Shown: positions 11,595 through 25,050 of the stretch, piece after piece | Layout of the letters: every line of letters begins with the position of its first letter | Position numbering within the stretch: the first letter of the stretch is position 1 | Assembly: GCA_951406725.2 (NCBI GenBank) | Contig: OX597822.1 | Span: 76,074,001-76,138,000, forward strand | Source of the DNA: Octopus vulgaris | Taxonomy: Eukaryota | Direction: 5' to 3' | DNA length: 64,000 bases | Made by a program: the position numbers and the translations under genes | Notes under the pieces: generated by a model | Told to the model about the DNA's origin: nothing | The model's database searches: none | The model's input: the letters and a program-made list of their open reading frames with translations, nothing else

Positions 11595-12075
11595 ATTAAG
11601 GGCATGACTGATCCCGATTACTGGGACCACCTTAAAGCCTTGAATCTCTACTCTCTCCAGCATCGCTGTGAACGGTACATCATTTGCACGATGTAGAGAA
11701 TATACCGCCATCATTGCCCAAACCACTTGAACAATAGCTTCAAGGTTCATCGAAAGCTGGGACCACGGGCCATACGTCCCCTGCCCAATTCACGTTCACA
11801 GCATATAGGTACACTGCGACACAATTTCTTTTTCTCAACAGTCCCTGCACTATTTAACATTGTCCCGAAAGTGATTAAAGTGGGAAAGGACCGCATCACT
11901 TTTAAACTGCGTCTGGACAAATTTCTTCAAGGAATACCAGATAAGCCACCCATACCTGGATACAACTCACTCAACAAGAACTCACTACTTGAATGGACCA
12001 TGATACCACAAAACTATCAGGTGGTGCTATTAAGTTAGACACCAATCTTTGGTCGAAACATATCTAAGCTTATCT
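11595..12075 (+). mobile_element. 3' end of a CR1/L2-like LINE (RT C-terminal region)
   Basis: ALNLYSLQHRCERYII...FFSTVPALFNIVPK...FKLRLDKFLQGIPDKP, homologous to the ORF at 17980-18348. Confidence 0.75.
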
Positions 12076-12120
12076 ACGTTTATACATATGCACATATAAG
12101 ATATATACATATATATACAT

Positions 12121-12225
<105 letters not shown>

Positions 12226-12261
12226 TACATACATATATATATGTTATGTTTGTATGTATAT

Positions 12262-12658
12262 ATTGAAAGAAAATGGAAAAAGATGGGTGTATGAATAATT
12301 TATGTGTATAATATCAAAATGTAGAAATTTTTAAAAAAAGACAATGCAAATAAATTAAATGTTGTAAAATTTTTTTAAAAATGGGAGATGCGAAAAAAAA
12401 CCCCCACATAAGCTTCAGTTCTAGCCGCTAGTTGATATGTAATTCTAAGCATTTGGTTATATATGCTAAGAATGTACTATTTTTAACTATACGGGGAGAA
12501 CTTATTCAAGTTTTTTATGAGCTTATAGAACAAAGTTATATTTCTTGAAAGGATGCTTACAAAATAGTTTGTTTTTTCTTACAAAATTTCAACATCTTTA
12601 TATCATACAAATAAATTATTCATTCATCCATCTTTCTCCATTTTCTTTCCTTCAATAT
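12262..12658. mobile_element. Old fold-back element with ~70 bp diverged inverted arms
   Basis: gaaagaaaatggaaaaagatgggtgtatgaataattta vs taaattattcattcatccatctttctccattttctttc. Confidence 0.6.
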
Positions 12659-12939
12659 CAATTACTACAATAATCTCAAAAATATCGCAGGGACGTTTTG
12701 GGGTTGTATAGTCCATAATGTGGACTATTCTCGAATTGACTATACACTACGCTCGCGCGCATATACATATGTATATCGTTTTTGTAGATTCAAGGAATTG
12801 AAATTTTTACCATTAAGACTATTCTTTATGTGAATTCGTGTGTTGAAACATGTGTTAATTATGCTGGCATAATGACTCTTTCTTGACGCAAGAAATATAT
12901 CTATCGCTCAGAGATTTATTATTGCTTATATATATATAC

Positions 12940-13075
12940 ACGACAGGTTCCTTTCAGTTTCTGTCTATGAAACACACTCACAAGGCTTTGGTCGGCCCGA
13001 GGCTATAGTAGAAGACATTGCCTGAAGTACCACATAGTGGAACTAGACGTGGAACCATGCTGTTGGGAAAGAAAC
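12940..13075 (-). mobile_element. SINE family A, 5' part
   Basis: cactcacaaggctttggtcggcccgaggctatagtagaagaca. Confidence 0.8.
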
Positions 13076-13227
13076 ATTAGCCTGAAACACTCAAATCGCA
13101 TATGCCAGTGTGGTCTTTTTTTTTTTTTCTTCGAACGAATATTTAAAATCATCGCCCAACATTGAATTCCGCAACCATATATTTAGTAGGGTCTCAAAAG
13201 TAATGAATTACAATACATTGACTACTT

Positions 13228-13583
13228 GCAAAAGCCGTGGCACTCCATCGGTTACGACGACGAGGGTTCCAGTCGATCCGATCAACAGAACAACCTGCTC
13301 GTGAAATTTACGTCTACCTTTAACGTAGTTCTCGGGGAGATTCAGCGTGACGCATGTGACAAGGCTGGCCCTTTGAAATAGAGGTACAACAAAAACAGAA
13401 AAAAAAGAGTGAGTGAAAGTTGTGCTGTCAGAATACAGCAGGTTTCGCCCACCCCCTCCCCAGAAGAGCCTCATGGAACTATAGGTATTTTGGCTCAAAC
13501 ACAATGCCCGGTTTGGGAATCGAAACCGCGATCCTACGACCGCGAGTCCGCTGCCCTAACCACTGGGCCATTGCGCCTCCACA
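13228..13583 (-). mobile_element. tRNA-derived SINE family B (possibly octopus OR-type)
   Basis: Head on minus strand gtggaggcgcaatggcccagtggttagggcagcggactcgcggtcgtaggatcgcggtttcgattccc with A and B boxes; homologous to 40965-41346. Confidence 0.88.
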
Positions 13584-14029
13584 CTCGCGTAAGTAGATTG
13601 TCACTGAGACGAATATAAGATTAAAATTGAAAGATTGTCAAAAGCAGCAGTAATTCTAGTAAAATAGCCAAGAATTCGCTTTCACAATAGCACCATCTCT
13701 ACAGTTGACGATAACAACATGTGAGCCGTCTGTAATACAATAAAAGCAACCACATCGTAGGATTATCTCAAACACTAGACAACAAATATATAACTAGTAA
13801 ATGAAGAATTACTAACGAGCCAACGGAGATTCTGAGCGGTTGTGCGACATGCTACAAATAGCTGCCAAACTCCACTCAAATTACACCAGGTTGTTTGAAA
13901 GGAGGTGACGTATATTATTAAAAGAATTCGATTCTAGTTGCACATCACTTCAAAAAATAAGGCAGGATGGTCCCATCCAGAATGCTTTATGGATTGTTAT
14001 ACTCAGTCTGGGCTGCTATTTGTCTAAAC

Positions 14030-14600
14030 CAGTTGTTCTCAATCTGGGTCCGCATAATCCTTATGGGGTAGGTCCTTATAAGGCTTTGCTGCTAAAGTTT
14101 GTGCAATAAACTGGTTATACATCTTTTTTTCGCCCTTTTCAAGCCTAGCCAGGCTCACGTTTCCTGGTTTCTATGGTGTATGTGTTCCCCCCCAGCTGGA
14201 CGGGACATCAGTCCATCGCAGCGTTACTTAAGAAACAGGAAGAAAGAGTGAGAGAAAGTCGGGGTGAAAGAGTACAACAGGGGTCACCTCCAACCCCTGC
14301 CGGAATCTCGAGGAGCTTTAGCTGTTTTCGCTCAATAAACACACACAACGCCTTGTCTGGGAATCGAAACCGCGATCCTCCGACCGCGAGTCCGCTGCTC
14401 TAACCACTGGGCCATTGCACCACCACGGTTCTACATCTACAATACGCAAAATATGTTAACAATCTTTTCTACAATTCCTCTTAGTATTTAATCATAAAAA
14501 TATAATGGTACTTTTTCAAACATCGGATGGCTTTGTGGGTTCATCCAAGTGAAAGAGGAACCAAACGGGTCCATAGATAAAGAAATGATTGAGAGTCACT
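14030..14600. mobile_element. hAT-type MITE containing a SINE insertion
   Basis: cagttgttctcaatc ... gattgagagtcact imperfect TIRs; subterminal gggtccataga shared with 1277-3238. Confidence 0.6.
14124..14426 (-). mobile_element. SINE family B with target-site duplication
   Basis: Flanked by ggttatacatc (14113-14123) and ggttctacatc (14427-14437). Confidence 0.88.
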
Positions 14601-14639
14601 AATCTAAACAATAACCCATGTAGATTAAATGGAAGTAGA

Positions 14640-15800
14640 GCGCAGTTTGTTAACTGCTCAGCTATTTAAGCAATTAATCGAAATGAAAAAGGTTCGGAAT
14701 AAAAAGAACATTACCTTTCCATGTGAAATTGTGGCAGAAGGAATTCAGGAAAAATTGTTTGATTATGAAGGAAGTGTTTTACATATTACAGTGATCAACA
14801 TTTTTAATGCAATTGTCTAAAGGAGAACTAAATACGAGATTACTTTGAGTAACACTGATCTAATCCTTAAATGAGAATGTGGAAAGAAATTGTGACGCTA
14901 CTTCGGTGAAAATAGTCGACAATTACCGTAAACCCTTGCAGCGTGGAAGGTGTTTATAAGCCATTTAAGAAACACACAAAACCGTTAGATTCACTTCAAC
15001 ATTTAGGTTTAATTTGTCAAAATATTTTCGTCGTTTTGAGACCGCGACCTGTTCACTGACAATCATCGTGCTGCATTTTTGTGTGATTCTTAAATGGCTT
15101 ATAAACACCTTCCACGCTGCAATTATTTTCGTTCCAGCACACGATCTGAGATCAAGTCACTCGCTATGCAAGTACATCTCCGTAAAACTGTAAACCCTAT
15201 TCTCATGGAATCAAGTGAAAAACTAGGAGCACTTAAAAAACATGGTATTAGGCAGCCAATTTTTTCCCGACCCGATTTGATTAAAGAAAACGCAAACAAC
15301 AGCATATTGAAACTCTCTGGAGTAAATTTTGTTATGGTGGACGAAAAGAAAACTTTCGACAGGAATGACAGTCTACAAATGGCCTTCTAAGCATTGAAAA
15401 GGGCTTCAGTGATGTCATTAAAATGGAGATCAGATTAAATAAACTGTGCTGTAGCAACAATTGAGAAGGGTGAGTTTGCCATAACATCAGATATATATTC
15501 TGGCTATGCAATCGAACTCAGATAATTCGATTTGGAAGGCACACACAAGTTCCTAAAAGTGACTAAAGGGTATGATATATAGCACTATCTTTAAAGAGAA
15601 ACTTCGTAAAGAGTCTTACAGCAGAGTAAGAATGATAGTAAAGACAGAACCAATTTAATTAAACTGATTTGAGGCCACCAATAATCTGGCTCGACATGTA
15701 GTAACGTACAGTTTCGACATCATTAAACTGCACAATATGAGGAAATTAAGAAAATAAATAGCAAAACATTGAGAATGATGACAGCGCTATTGTGTCAAAA
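14640..15800 (+). mobile_element. Very decayed LINE (possibly RTE-like) RT remnant, interrupted
   Basis: YEGSVLHITVINIFNAIV and LGALKKHGI...IKE fragments weakly resemble RTE RT segments. Confidence 0.3.
14936..15189 (-). mobile_element. Fold-back element with a variant hammerhead-like motif, ~66 bp tail and 9 bp TSD
   Basis: Inverted arms ttgcagcgtggaaggtgtttataagccatttaagaa; TSD gtaaaccct at 14928-14936 and 15190-15198; minus strand ttgtca-GTGAACAG-gtcgc...acgac-GAAA-atatt-ttgacaa (15014-15062). Confidence 0.75.
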
Positions 15801-15994
15801 GAAGAATTATTACCACCACCTCCAGCTGGCTTTAACATCTTAAATTCTAAACTAAATTTTATCAGTCTACGAGAATAAATAATTGTCACTGTTTCTCCAC
15901 ATTTTTAGTGGAATTTCGTTGCCGTACTGCTCTCTTGAGGTAGTTTAACAGCAGGACCCACACCTGATATGTTTTCATTTTCTTTTCTAGTCAT

Positions 15995-16159
15995 CTTTTA
16001 CTTGTACCAGTCATTATATTACGACCATACTGGGGCACCACCTTGAGCAATTTTAGTCCCCACTACTTACTTTTTAAAAGCCCGGTACTTATTTTATCGT
16101 TCTCTTCTGCTGAACCGCTAGGTTAAGTGGACAACAGAGACACCATCTCAAAGAAACCC

Positions 16160-16236
<77 letters not shown>

Positions 16237-16400
16237 TTTCCATTTATTCTTTTATTTGTTTCAGTCATTTGACTGCGCCCATCCCGGAGCACCACTTTTA
16301 GTCGAACAAATCAACCCCAGGACTTATTCTTTATAAGCCTCGTACTTATTCTTTTCTCTTTGGACGAAACGCTAAGTTGTGGGGACGTAACCACACCAAC
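15995..16400 (-). mobile_element. Two SINE family A 3' fragments separated by (TA)n
   Basis: cagtcattt...ggagcaccactttagtcgaacaaatcaaccccaggacttattc. Confidence 0.75.
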
Positions 16401-16424
16401 ATCGTATAACAATGTTGATAAAAT

Positions 16425-16668
16425 ATATAACAGTATTAATGAAATAGATGGGATATGTAATAGCCTTTATTGGGTACAACACATGTTTCGACCCGTCGTG
16501 GGTTTCTTCGAATTTGATGGGTATATAGCGGTACGTAAGCCGACTCAAGAAATCTCTAGTGAGGTTTTTAATTGATGTATCCGAAGAGACCCAGAATGGG
16601 TCGAAACATGTGCTGTACCCAATAACGTATATTACACATCCCATCTCCAATTTTATTAATAATGTTAC
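16425..16668. mobile_element. Fold-back element with a hammerhead-like motif in both arms
   Basis: Right arm CCGAAGA-gaccc-agaat-gggtc-GAAAC-atgt (16581-16611); reverse-complement copy at ~16481-16513. Confidence 0.75.
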
Positions 16669-16784
16669 CCCAACCACCACTACAAAGTTCCTGCAATAAA
16701 TCTGCGGATAACAACAGGGAATCAAAATTGTGCCGGTGCTTTACTCATCATCTTTTTATATATTTTGTACAATGTCTCGATTAT

Positions 16785-16794
16785 ATATATATAT

Positions 16795-16885
<91 letters not shown>

Positions 16886-17147
16886 TAACAAAGGGTAAAA
16901 TTAATTAATTAAGAAGTAGTCAGGAATTTCACCAAGTAGAATTCGGCATGAAAAAGACCATTTCAACCTAATACCGATTGATTTTCGTTATTTTCCCCTT
17001 TTGCCTGCGTGGATTGTTTTCAAGTACTTTGGTTTTTCTGGGAGCCCCTTTTAAATTAGAAGGAATAGCTAAGATTTTTTTGACTGCTTTTTCTAAACTT
17101 TGGTATGTGGTGAAGCAAATCTCTGCTGAACCCTAATTATAAAGTAT

Positions 17148-17212
<65 letters not shown>

Positions 17213-17220
17213 CAGATAGA
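16785..17220. repeat. Two (GATA)n arrays flanking a ~260 bp insert
   Basis: Direct reading. Confidence 0.9.
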
Positions 17221-17306
17221 CATAGGTATTTTTTGTGTATAAATATATGTGAGCAATTGTATGTAGCTCTGTTAAGTCATTGCTGTAATACTTATTTCTA
17301 ACATAC

Positions 17307-17356
<50 letters not shown>

Positions 17357-17961
17357 TGTTATATTTGTTTATTTCTATAAAATCTTTTTACATTTATTTT
17401 TATTTCTTCACATATGAGAACACGTACTTGAGTACGTCATACTTAGGAGCACCTGAACATATCTATCACTGTTTGTATGTTTTAAAGTTATATAGAGATA
17501 CGCATTTGCGTACAACTGCATGTCTACTTATATGTGCATATGTATAACTGAGCATGCATATCTGTTTGTCAAACTGTGCTAAATGTATGTGCATATTCAT
17601 GCATATGTTTGCACATGTAAATATTTATATAAGCGTATGATATCCATTAACCTTACTGAGTGTGTATATATATATAAATACATGCATACATGTATATACT
17701 CATACATATATATGTATATACATACATATATATATATATGTATTTATATATACATACATATATATATGCATACATACGTATATATATATATACATACATG
17801 TATATATGCATACATGTGTATATATACATGCATATATATATGCATACATACATGTATATATATACATACATATATATATGCATATATACATATATATATA
17901 CACACATACATATATATAGAGAGAAATACATATATATATATATATATGCCTACATATATAT

Positions 17962-18455
17962 TGGGAAAAACTCAAGAGATTGAGACTCTATTCCTTAGAG
18001 CGTAGGCGAGAAAGATATGCCATAATATACATCTGGAAGATCCTAGAAGGACTTGTCCCAAACTTTGGCATCGAGAGTTACACAAATGCCAGAACTGGGC
18101 GCCACTGCATAGTGCCAAGGACTCCAAATTTGCCATCGAGATGTAGGACAAGATACTGTGATAGCCTGGGCTTCCGAGGCCCACAGCTCTTCAATATCCT
18201 CCCAAAGAACCTAAGAGACCCGCATGGGGTGGATGCAGATGTCTTTAAAATGAAACTGGATCTCTTCCTGTCAGGTGTCCCAGATGAACCAACTTCACGG
18301 CAGGAGGTGCAGATGAGGGCAGCTGCATCGAACTCTCTCATGCACTAAATGGCGATTGCTAAAAAGCATTCGTGAAGTAAAATCATGTAGCAACACCAAA
18401 TGGCGGTGCCCCAGCATGGCCACAGCTTGTGAGCTGAAACTAGATAAATAAAAAA
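17962..18455 (+). mobile_element. 3' end of a CR1/L2-like LINE with intact 3' tail
   Basis: [28 protein letters not shown]...SLGFRGPQLFNILPKNLR...FKMKLDLFLSGVPDEP; tail ggcggtgccccagcatggccacagc...gctgaaac plus A-rich end. Confidence 0.88.
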
Positions 18456-18473
18456 ATATATATATATACTCAT

Positions 18474-18519
<46 letters not shown>

Positions 18520-18633
18520 GCATACATATATATACACACACACGTACATATACATATCTGTTTGTGTGTGTGTGTGTAAATGTACGAGTAGATATATATG
18601 TGAAGATCTCACTCTTTCTGTCTCTCCCTTTAC

Positions 18634-18666
<33 letters not shown>

Positions 18667-20266
18667 AACGTATCTATGTATATAATAATATACCTATATA
18701 ACATGCATACATATACACATACATACACACACACACAGATGCATTTAAATTCGGATATATATATAAATTGTTAGATGTCTGGGAGCTGATATGAACGTAT
18801 CACTATAATTGTTCATTTTTCTGCTCACATATATATGTGTGTGTGTGTGTGCGTGTGTGTGTGAGCACATGTGTGTGTGTGTGTATGAGCACATGTGTGT
18901 GTGTGTGTGCATGTGTATGAGCACATGTGTATGAGCACGTGTGTGTGTGTGTTCGTGTTTGCGCGTACACTTTATAAGCATAAATTAAACATTTGTTTCT
19001 GTATATTTTTCCACCTCACTATTTATTTTCCTTGTGCTTCAACTTAAATTTTCCTTTGCTTCCCGCGCTCTATCATTTATATCCAATCTTTCCTTTTATA
19101 TTTACCTTATTCTTGGCTGTCACCAATTACAAGTCAAAATTATACGTTTATTCTTATAACTCTTCCCAACTAAATTATAGTATTGCCCAAATTCATACGT
19201 CTAAATGATTTTTTTTCTAAACTAGTCTTATTCCTAATCAATCAGAAATTCACTGGATTATAAATTCCTAAAAAATATTAGTAATCTTATTTATTTATAA
19301 ATACATATAATTTTAAATATTTTCGTTAATAATATGTGTAAATCCAACTTTCCACAATTAATTATTATGTTTGGGGTTTATAACTGACGTTCGGTTGAAA
19401 TAGCTAGCTCAAGTTATTTTACGTATGTATGTTTAATCAGTAGTTTTCTATAAAAATATAATCTTCGTTAAAATATAAATTTAAACGTCACCTACATTGT
19501 TTTTCACAATATGGTTGCAGTTTTTTAACACATACATAACTATCGCTCTGATCTTAGATTTCCTTTTGTATTTGATATTCGACTTTGCTTTCCTTCCTTT
19601 GTGCTCGATAAAAGGAAGTACCGGCCCAGTATAAGTATAGTTCGATCTCCTACCAGTAGCTACTTCCTAGATATTCCATTGGTCAACGATAGGAATCCCG
19701 AGGTGGTGCTTGTAATTACTCGCGTCTGCAAGGGCACCTAAAACAATTACTAATATCAAGGTACACACTTACTGCACAAGTGACGACTGTAATTTTTTAT
19801 ATAAACATATGCGCAACAATACATACACTCACACATAAACATATATACAAAGGCGTGAACACGCTACTTTAAAGATAGCGTGTTTGGTATTGACATTGAA
19901 TTTCGTATGTAGCGACCTTTCTTTTATAACACAATCGGACGCGTAATTTGGGAGAAATTTGGCATAATATTTCTTAGTAGATTCACAATCAAAGCCAACT
20001 CACCATCTTTGTATATGTCAGTGACTATATTCTCCGATGTATCCTTTCGTTTTGATGGCGTCAACGCCTGATTTTGGGGAGATGTGGCTGCTATATTTAG
20101 CAGGTGGACTTTCTGCGTAGGAACGCAAAATAGATTTTGCTGGGTAGCACCTGATTAGAACTTATCCATTTTTGCTTTTCGTCATGCAGGGCATCGAACG
20201 GAAACAGGCCTTCTTACTTTTCGACTAATGCATATTATACACATCTGTAAATATTTACAAGGTTTG

Positions 20267-20809
20267 TATGAATGTGAGTCAAAACGTAATGCCATTTTGT
20301 TTAGGACAGGTATAATTGCCAACACAGGAACATGTATCATACATCAAAATTAAGCTGATCCTCTGTGGATCACATCCCTACTTCTCAACATAGTCACCGT
20401 TCTCTCAATAGAACGTTTTACATTCGAATGAGAGCATGTATCCTTGCCCCGTAAAATTCTGTTGACTATATTTTGAGCCACTTCTTCACTTCATTTTTCA
20501 CTTCTTCGTCACTGGAATAATGTTTGCCTCTGAAACCCTCTTTCATGGGACCGAAGAAATGATAGTACAGTGACGAAGAAGCGAAAACTGTAGTGAAGAA
20601 GTGGCTCAAAGAACAGTCAACAGAATTTACGGTGCCGGGATACATGCTCTCATTCGAAGGTAGAACATTTCTATTGAGATAAACTGGGTCTGTGTTGAGA
20701 AGTAAGGATGTGATCCACAGAGGACCAGCTTAATTTTGATGTATGATACATGTTCCTGTGTTGGTAATTATACCTGTCCTAAATTATACCTTTTTGACTC
20801 ACTCTCGTA
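20267..20809. mobile_element. Mariner-derived fold-back MITE, copy B
   Basis: ~240 bp inverted arms each carrying the mariner transposase C-terminus and TIR; TA ends; spacer encodes DYHFFGPMKEG on the minus strand. Confidence 0.88.
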
Positions 20810-20884
20810 TATCTACAGATGCATATGCACATGTATTTACCAGAGCTTAATAAACTCATATGTATGCGTAGTCATACATGCATG

Positions 20885-20937
<53 letters not shown>

Positions 20938-20939
20938 TA

Positions 20940-21325
20940 TTCTTTTATTCTTTTGCAGTAATTTGACTGTGATCATGCTGGAGCACCGCCTTTAGTCGAA
21001 AGAATTGACCCCAGCATTTATTCTTTTAAGCCTAGTACTTATTCTATCGGTCTATTTTGCCTAACAGCTAAGTTATGAGGGCGTAAACACACCGACATCG
21101 GGTGACAAGCGATGGTGGGGACAAACACAGACACCAAACATATACATACACACGTATATATATATATATATATACGACGGGTTTCTTTCAGTTTCCGTCT
21201 ACCGAATCCACTCACAAGGCTTTGGTCGGCCCGAGGCTATAGTAGATGACACTTACCCAAGTTGCCACGCAGTGGAACTGAACCCGGGACCATGTGGTTT
21301 GGAAGTAAACTTCTTACCAGACAGC
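20940..21325 (-). mobile_element. SINE family A, near full length
   Basis: Matches family A consensus. Confidence 0.9.
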
Positions 21326-21335
21326 ATTTCCTACG

Positions 21336-21394
<59 letters not shown>

Positions 21395-21400
<6 letters not shown>

Positions 21401-22200
21401 GTTAAAAAAAACACAAACTGGGACAAGAACGTGAAACATTTAGAAGACGACAAAAAAACACACAGACGGGACTTTCGAAGCTCTCAGTCATCAGTCAAGA
21501 ACCAGATCATCTTCGCAATTTCGGCTGATTAATCTTGAGATTGCTCCAATCTGGGCAGCCCACCAAGGGAAATCTAAGCCAATCGCATTAGATTCCTTGG
21601 AAGAAAACCTCGAAAGTATACAACACGGTGACGGAAAAACAGACGATGTTACTCGAAAAAAAATTCAAAAATACGTAAAAACAATAACGATAGCCCGAAT
21701 AAGAATACAAAATAACGTAAAAACAATAATAACGAAACCAGGACGTCAGGACAAGCGTCTTTCGACAGGACGAGTTGAGCATAGGGCTGGCTGTGGAAAA
21801 AGTGCCTGAAGGCAACGGACACAAACAAATACGTGTTGTCACACTAACTACTTGATGCGAAAAGGCAGTAGTAGCTGGCTGGTCACGTGAGCACAAAAAA
21901 GGAGAAAGGGACAGATGAAGAGAGAAAGAAGGGGAACAAGGGAGAATCAAGAGAGGGAAAGGGACAGGTCAAGTGGGGTATAAGGTCTGAGAGGAAGAGA
22001 AACGTGGGAGAGGGGGGACGGAGGAAGAGAGAAAGAAAGAAGGGGAACAAGGGAGGAGAAGAAAGAGAGGGAAAGAGACAGAACAAGGGGAGTGCAAAGG
22101 GTGAAGGCAGAGAAATGTAGGAGAGGGGGGGGGAAAGAGACAGTGTAGTAGAGTCGTACCAATGTTAGAGAGTAATATACTTACAGTATAGGGTCAAAAT
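21395..22200 (-). mobile_element. Putative Penelope-like element remnant with purine-rich tract
   Basis: Minus strand ga-CTGATGA-ctgagagcttc-GAAA-gtcccgtc (21465-21496); similar composition to 49320-49830 and 50330-50560. Confidence 0.35.
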
Positions 22201-22507
22201 GTAGGATACGTAGCCGCCATGTATATATGTAAACGTTATATATATATATATAAAACTGTATATATATACATATATATATACAACTATAATTAATTAATAA
22301 GGGTGAGAGAATTAGATACTAATTTAATAGTATATTTATTCCACACCAAGTGGCCTAGTGCTACGAGAAACCTGGATTATTATAATATTTTATAACATAT
22401 TATAATATTTTCACTTGAAACCTTTTGGATTAACTGGTGCTAGAGTGATCAATATAGTGACCACTCTCTTATATTTATTTTATATACAACTATATATATA
22501 TATGTAA

Positions 22508-22595
<88 letters not shown>

Positions 22596-24199
22596 ACTAT
22601 ATATATATATATACATATATATGTATTATATACGCGCGCGTGCACACGTATAGTAAGTTAGATAAACAAGAAATTGATAGAGAAAAGAAGAGGAAGAATT
22701 TTAAAATGGTGTAGAATGAGGAATCAACAGAGAGGAAACATAACTTGAGAGAAGAGTAACGTCGGTATGAGAGAGAAAGAGAGAGGGGAGGGATGTTGGG
22801 AGAGGAATCTTTCAGAGAGAGAGAAACTAAGAAATGGAGAACTTTCAAAGCAAACATCAATAAGTTTTTGCATATAAAAACCTTATTTAAAGTACTTTGG
22901 GAATTGGACTATTTTGATCGAAGAATTTTGATTTGGTTGTTTTTAAACATGGATACAAAAACGCTTATATATACATGAAACAGACGTACTTACATACAGA
23001 CAATATATATACTTTACATTCATGCTACACGCGTACATGTGTGTGAGCGTGTTGTTAACAAAACAATGAGTATTAGTTAAACTTACAATATTTTACTATT
23101 TATAAGGCGCTCTATCCTTCATGGCAACATTTCCCAGAAAATTGGGTTGTGTCTTATAGACATAGGGTAAAAATTCGTGTTACCAGAAAGAGACAAGCCA
23201 GATAATGTAGTGCCTCGTGAAATGAACCACAAGCTGCTTTGTAGAAATATAAACCTGCTTCCCAATATTATTTTTATTTATATCAAGTGCTAATAATATA
23301 GTAACTTCTAAACGGTGGCCTTGACTTGATGAGACACAACTCTGTCGAAACAGCGGGTAGTCTCAGCGTCTCCTTACACTAATGAATCGAGTCTGCTATG
23401 ACTCGATTCATTCGTCTGAAAAGGGAGGTTTCCTCCTATGACGAAACACGATAGCGATTGACATACTCACATTGGAGCCTGCCAGAACCTATCAAAAATT
23501 GTCTGCAAGCTACCATTTTTATTATCACTGTTTACGAAGAATATGACATTTTATAAAGCATTTGGCCATGATTAAATTTAAGTGACACTGCGCGAACTTG
23601 AATGGAACAAAACTGCGTCGATTGTATACAAAGCTTTACGTCCTTCACCAATCCTACAGTATTTCATTAGTTTGAAGCCAACAATTATTTAATAAGCTCT
23701 AATATGACAGGCTTTGGTCATGTTGATTGATAAGAAGAGTCACATATATTCTTCTGATGCTGGAGTTTTGCAACATATTTTTAAAGTTATGTTTATAAAT
23801 AAGAAAACATGCTGCTACATATTTTTATGCACCAAAGTAGATTGATTAATTTCTCTTTTATTAGGTCTTCGTTTCTAAAGTCAATTCTTTAAAATCCAAG
23901 TGGTAGTATGTTAAATTCCTCAGGGCTCAGTGAGATGGTTGTTAATGAAGATAGCGTGATGTTTTGTCTTGATAATTTCCATCCCAGAGGGGAGAAATCC
24001 ACCACAGTAAGTTGTTCGTAAAACAGAAATGAGTTGGAAGACTTTGTTTGAAAATAAGATTTGCTTCTGGGCTTTGTTTCAACCGTCAGAGATAAGGTTT
24101 TCTGTGCAAGTTTCAGAGTTACATCCTCTAACTCTTTTAAAATCACAACAAAAGCGAGTGGTGCTGTCAGAAGATATGTCTATCGTAAACAACATTAAT

Positions 24200-25050
24200 C
24201 GAAGAAGAATTCACACGAAATTTGAAGCATGGTTCTAGCTTTTTTTTAGATTCTCTAAGCAGCTCTCAAAATCATCAGAAAATGTTTCTAAGTTTCCTTC
24301 GTACTGTTTCACTTCATAATTTTTTTATTTGAATCTCAAGAAAAATTTTTGTCCACAATTTAAGGTTTGAAAAGGGAAAATTTCTTCGTTAACTAGATGG
24401 CTTTATTCTTTAAAATTAAAACTATATGGTCAAGTTCTGAAATAACATTGTCCTTTTCCTAAAAGTGCCAGATTTAAATATTGCACAGGTTGCGTAAAAT
24501 CTGTAAAAGAATATCAGATACTGTACTCATGGGAGATCTTCTGATTGTGGGTAAATTGGTTTCTTTTTTTTTTCCATTCCAAAGCAATGATTGGTTCTTT
24601 AAGAGTAACGAGCTTGTTCAATAACTTGCTACTTGATAGCCATCTTACAATACAATAGAACGAAATCTTGACTTCTCTTTACGTTTCACCCCTCGGTAAA
24701 AAAACTGAATTTACTATGTCTTTTGCACATGTCCCAATGAAATTCATAGCTTCTGAAACAGTTTATGGCTTCATTCAACTGGAAGTGTTTACTTACTAAT
24801 TACCCACACCGGGTCACATGACGAATAATAATATATATTCAGTGCAGTTGGGATTTCGTTGTCAAGAGTCCACTTAAGTATTTACTAATGCTTCGTTGAG
24901 TGTATTGTTTTCAGCATCTTTTGTAGTTTCCTTTACATTTATCAAGTTCAACAATTCTTTCATATTTCTATTGATTGTAACAGTAAACAAATATAGCGAG
25001 TAGTATCTTAAATATCTGTAGATTCAATGATATCTTAATGCAATACAGTT
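24200..25050 (-). pseudogene. Decayed hAT (SPIN/Buster/GTF2IRD2-like) transposase
   Basis: Minus-strand fragments in the expected order: ESTDI*DT, KELLNLINVKETT, CIVRWLSSSKLLNKLVTLKEPI, FTDFTQPVQYLNLALLGK. Confidence 0.7.
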
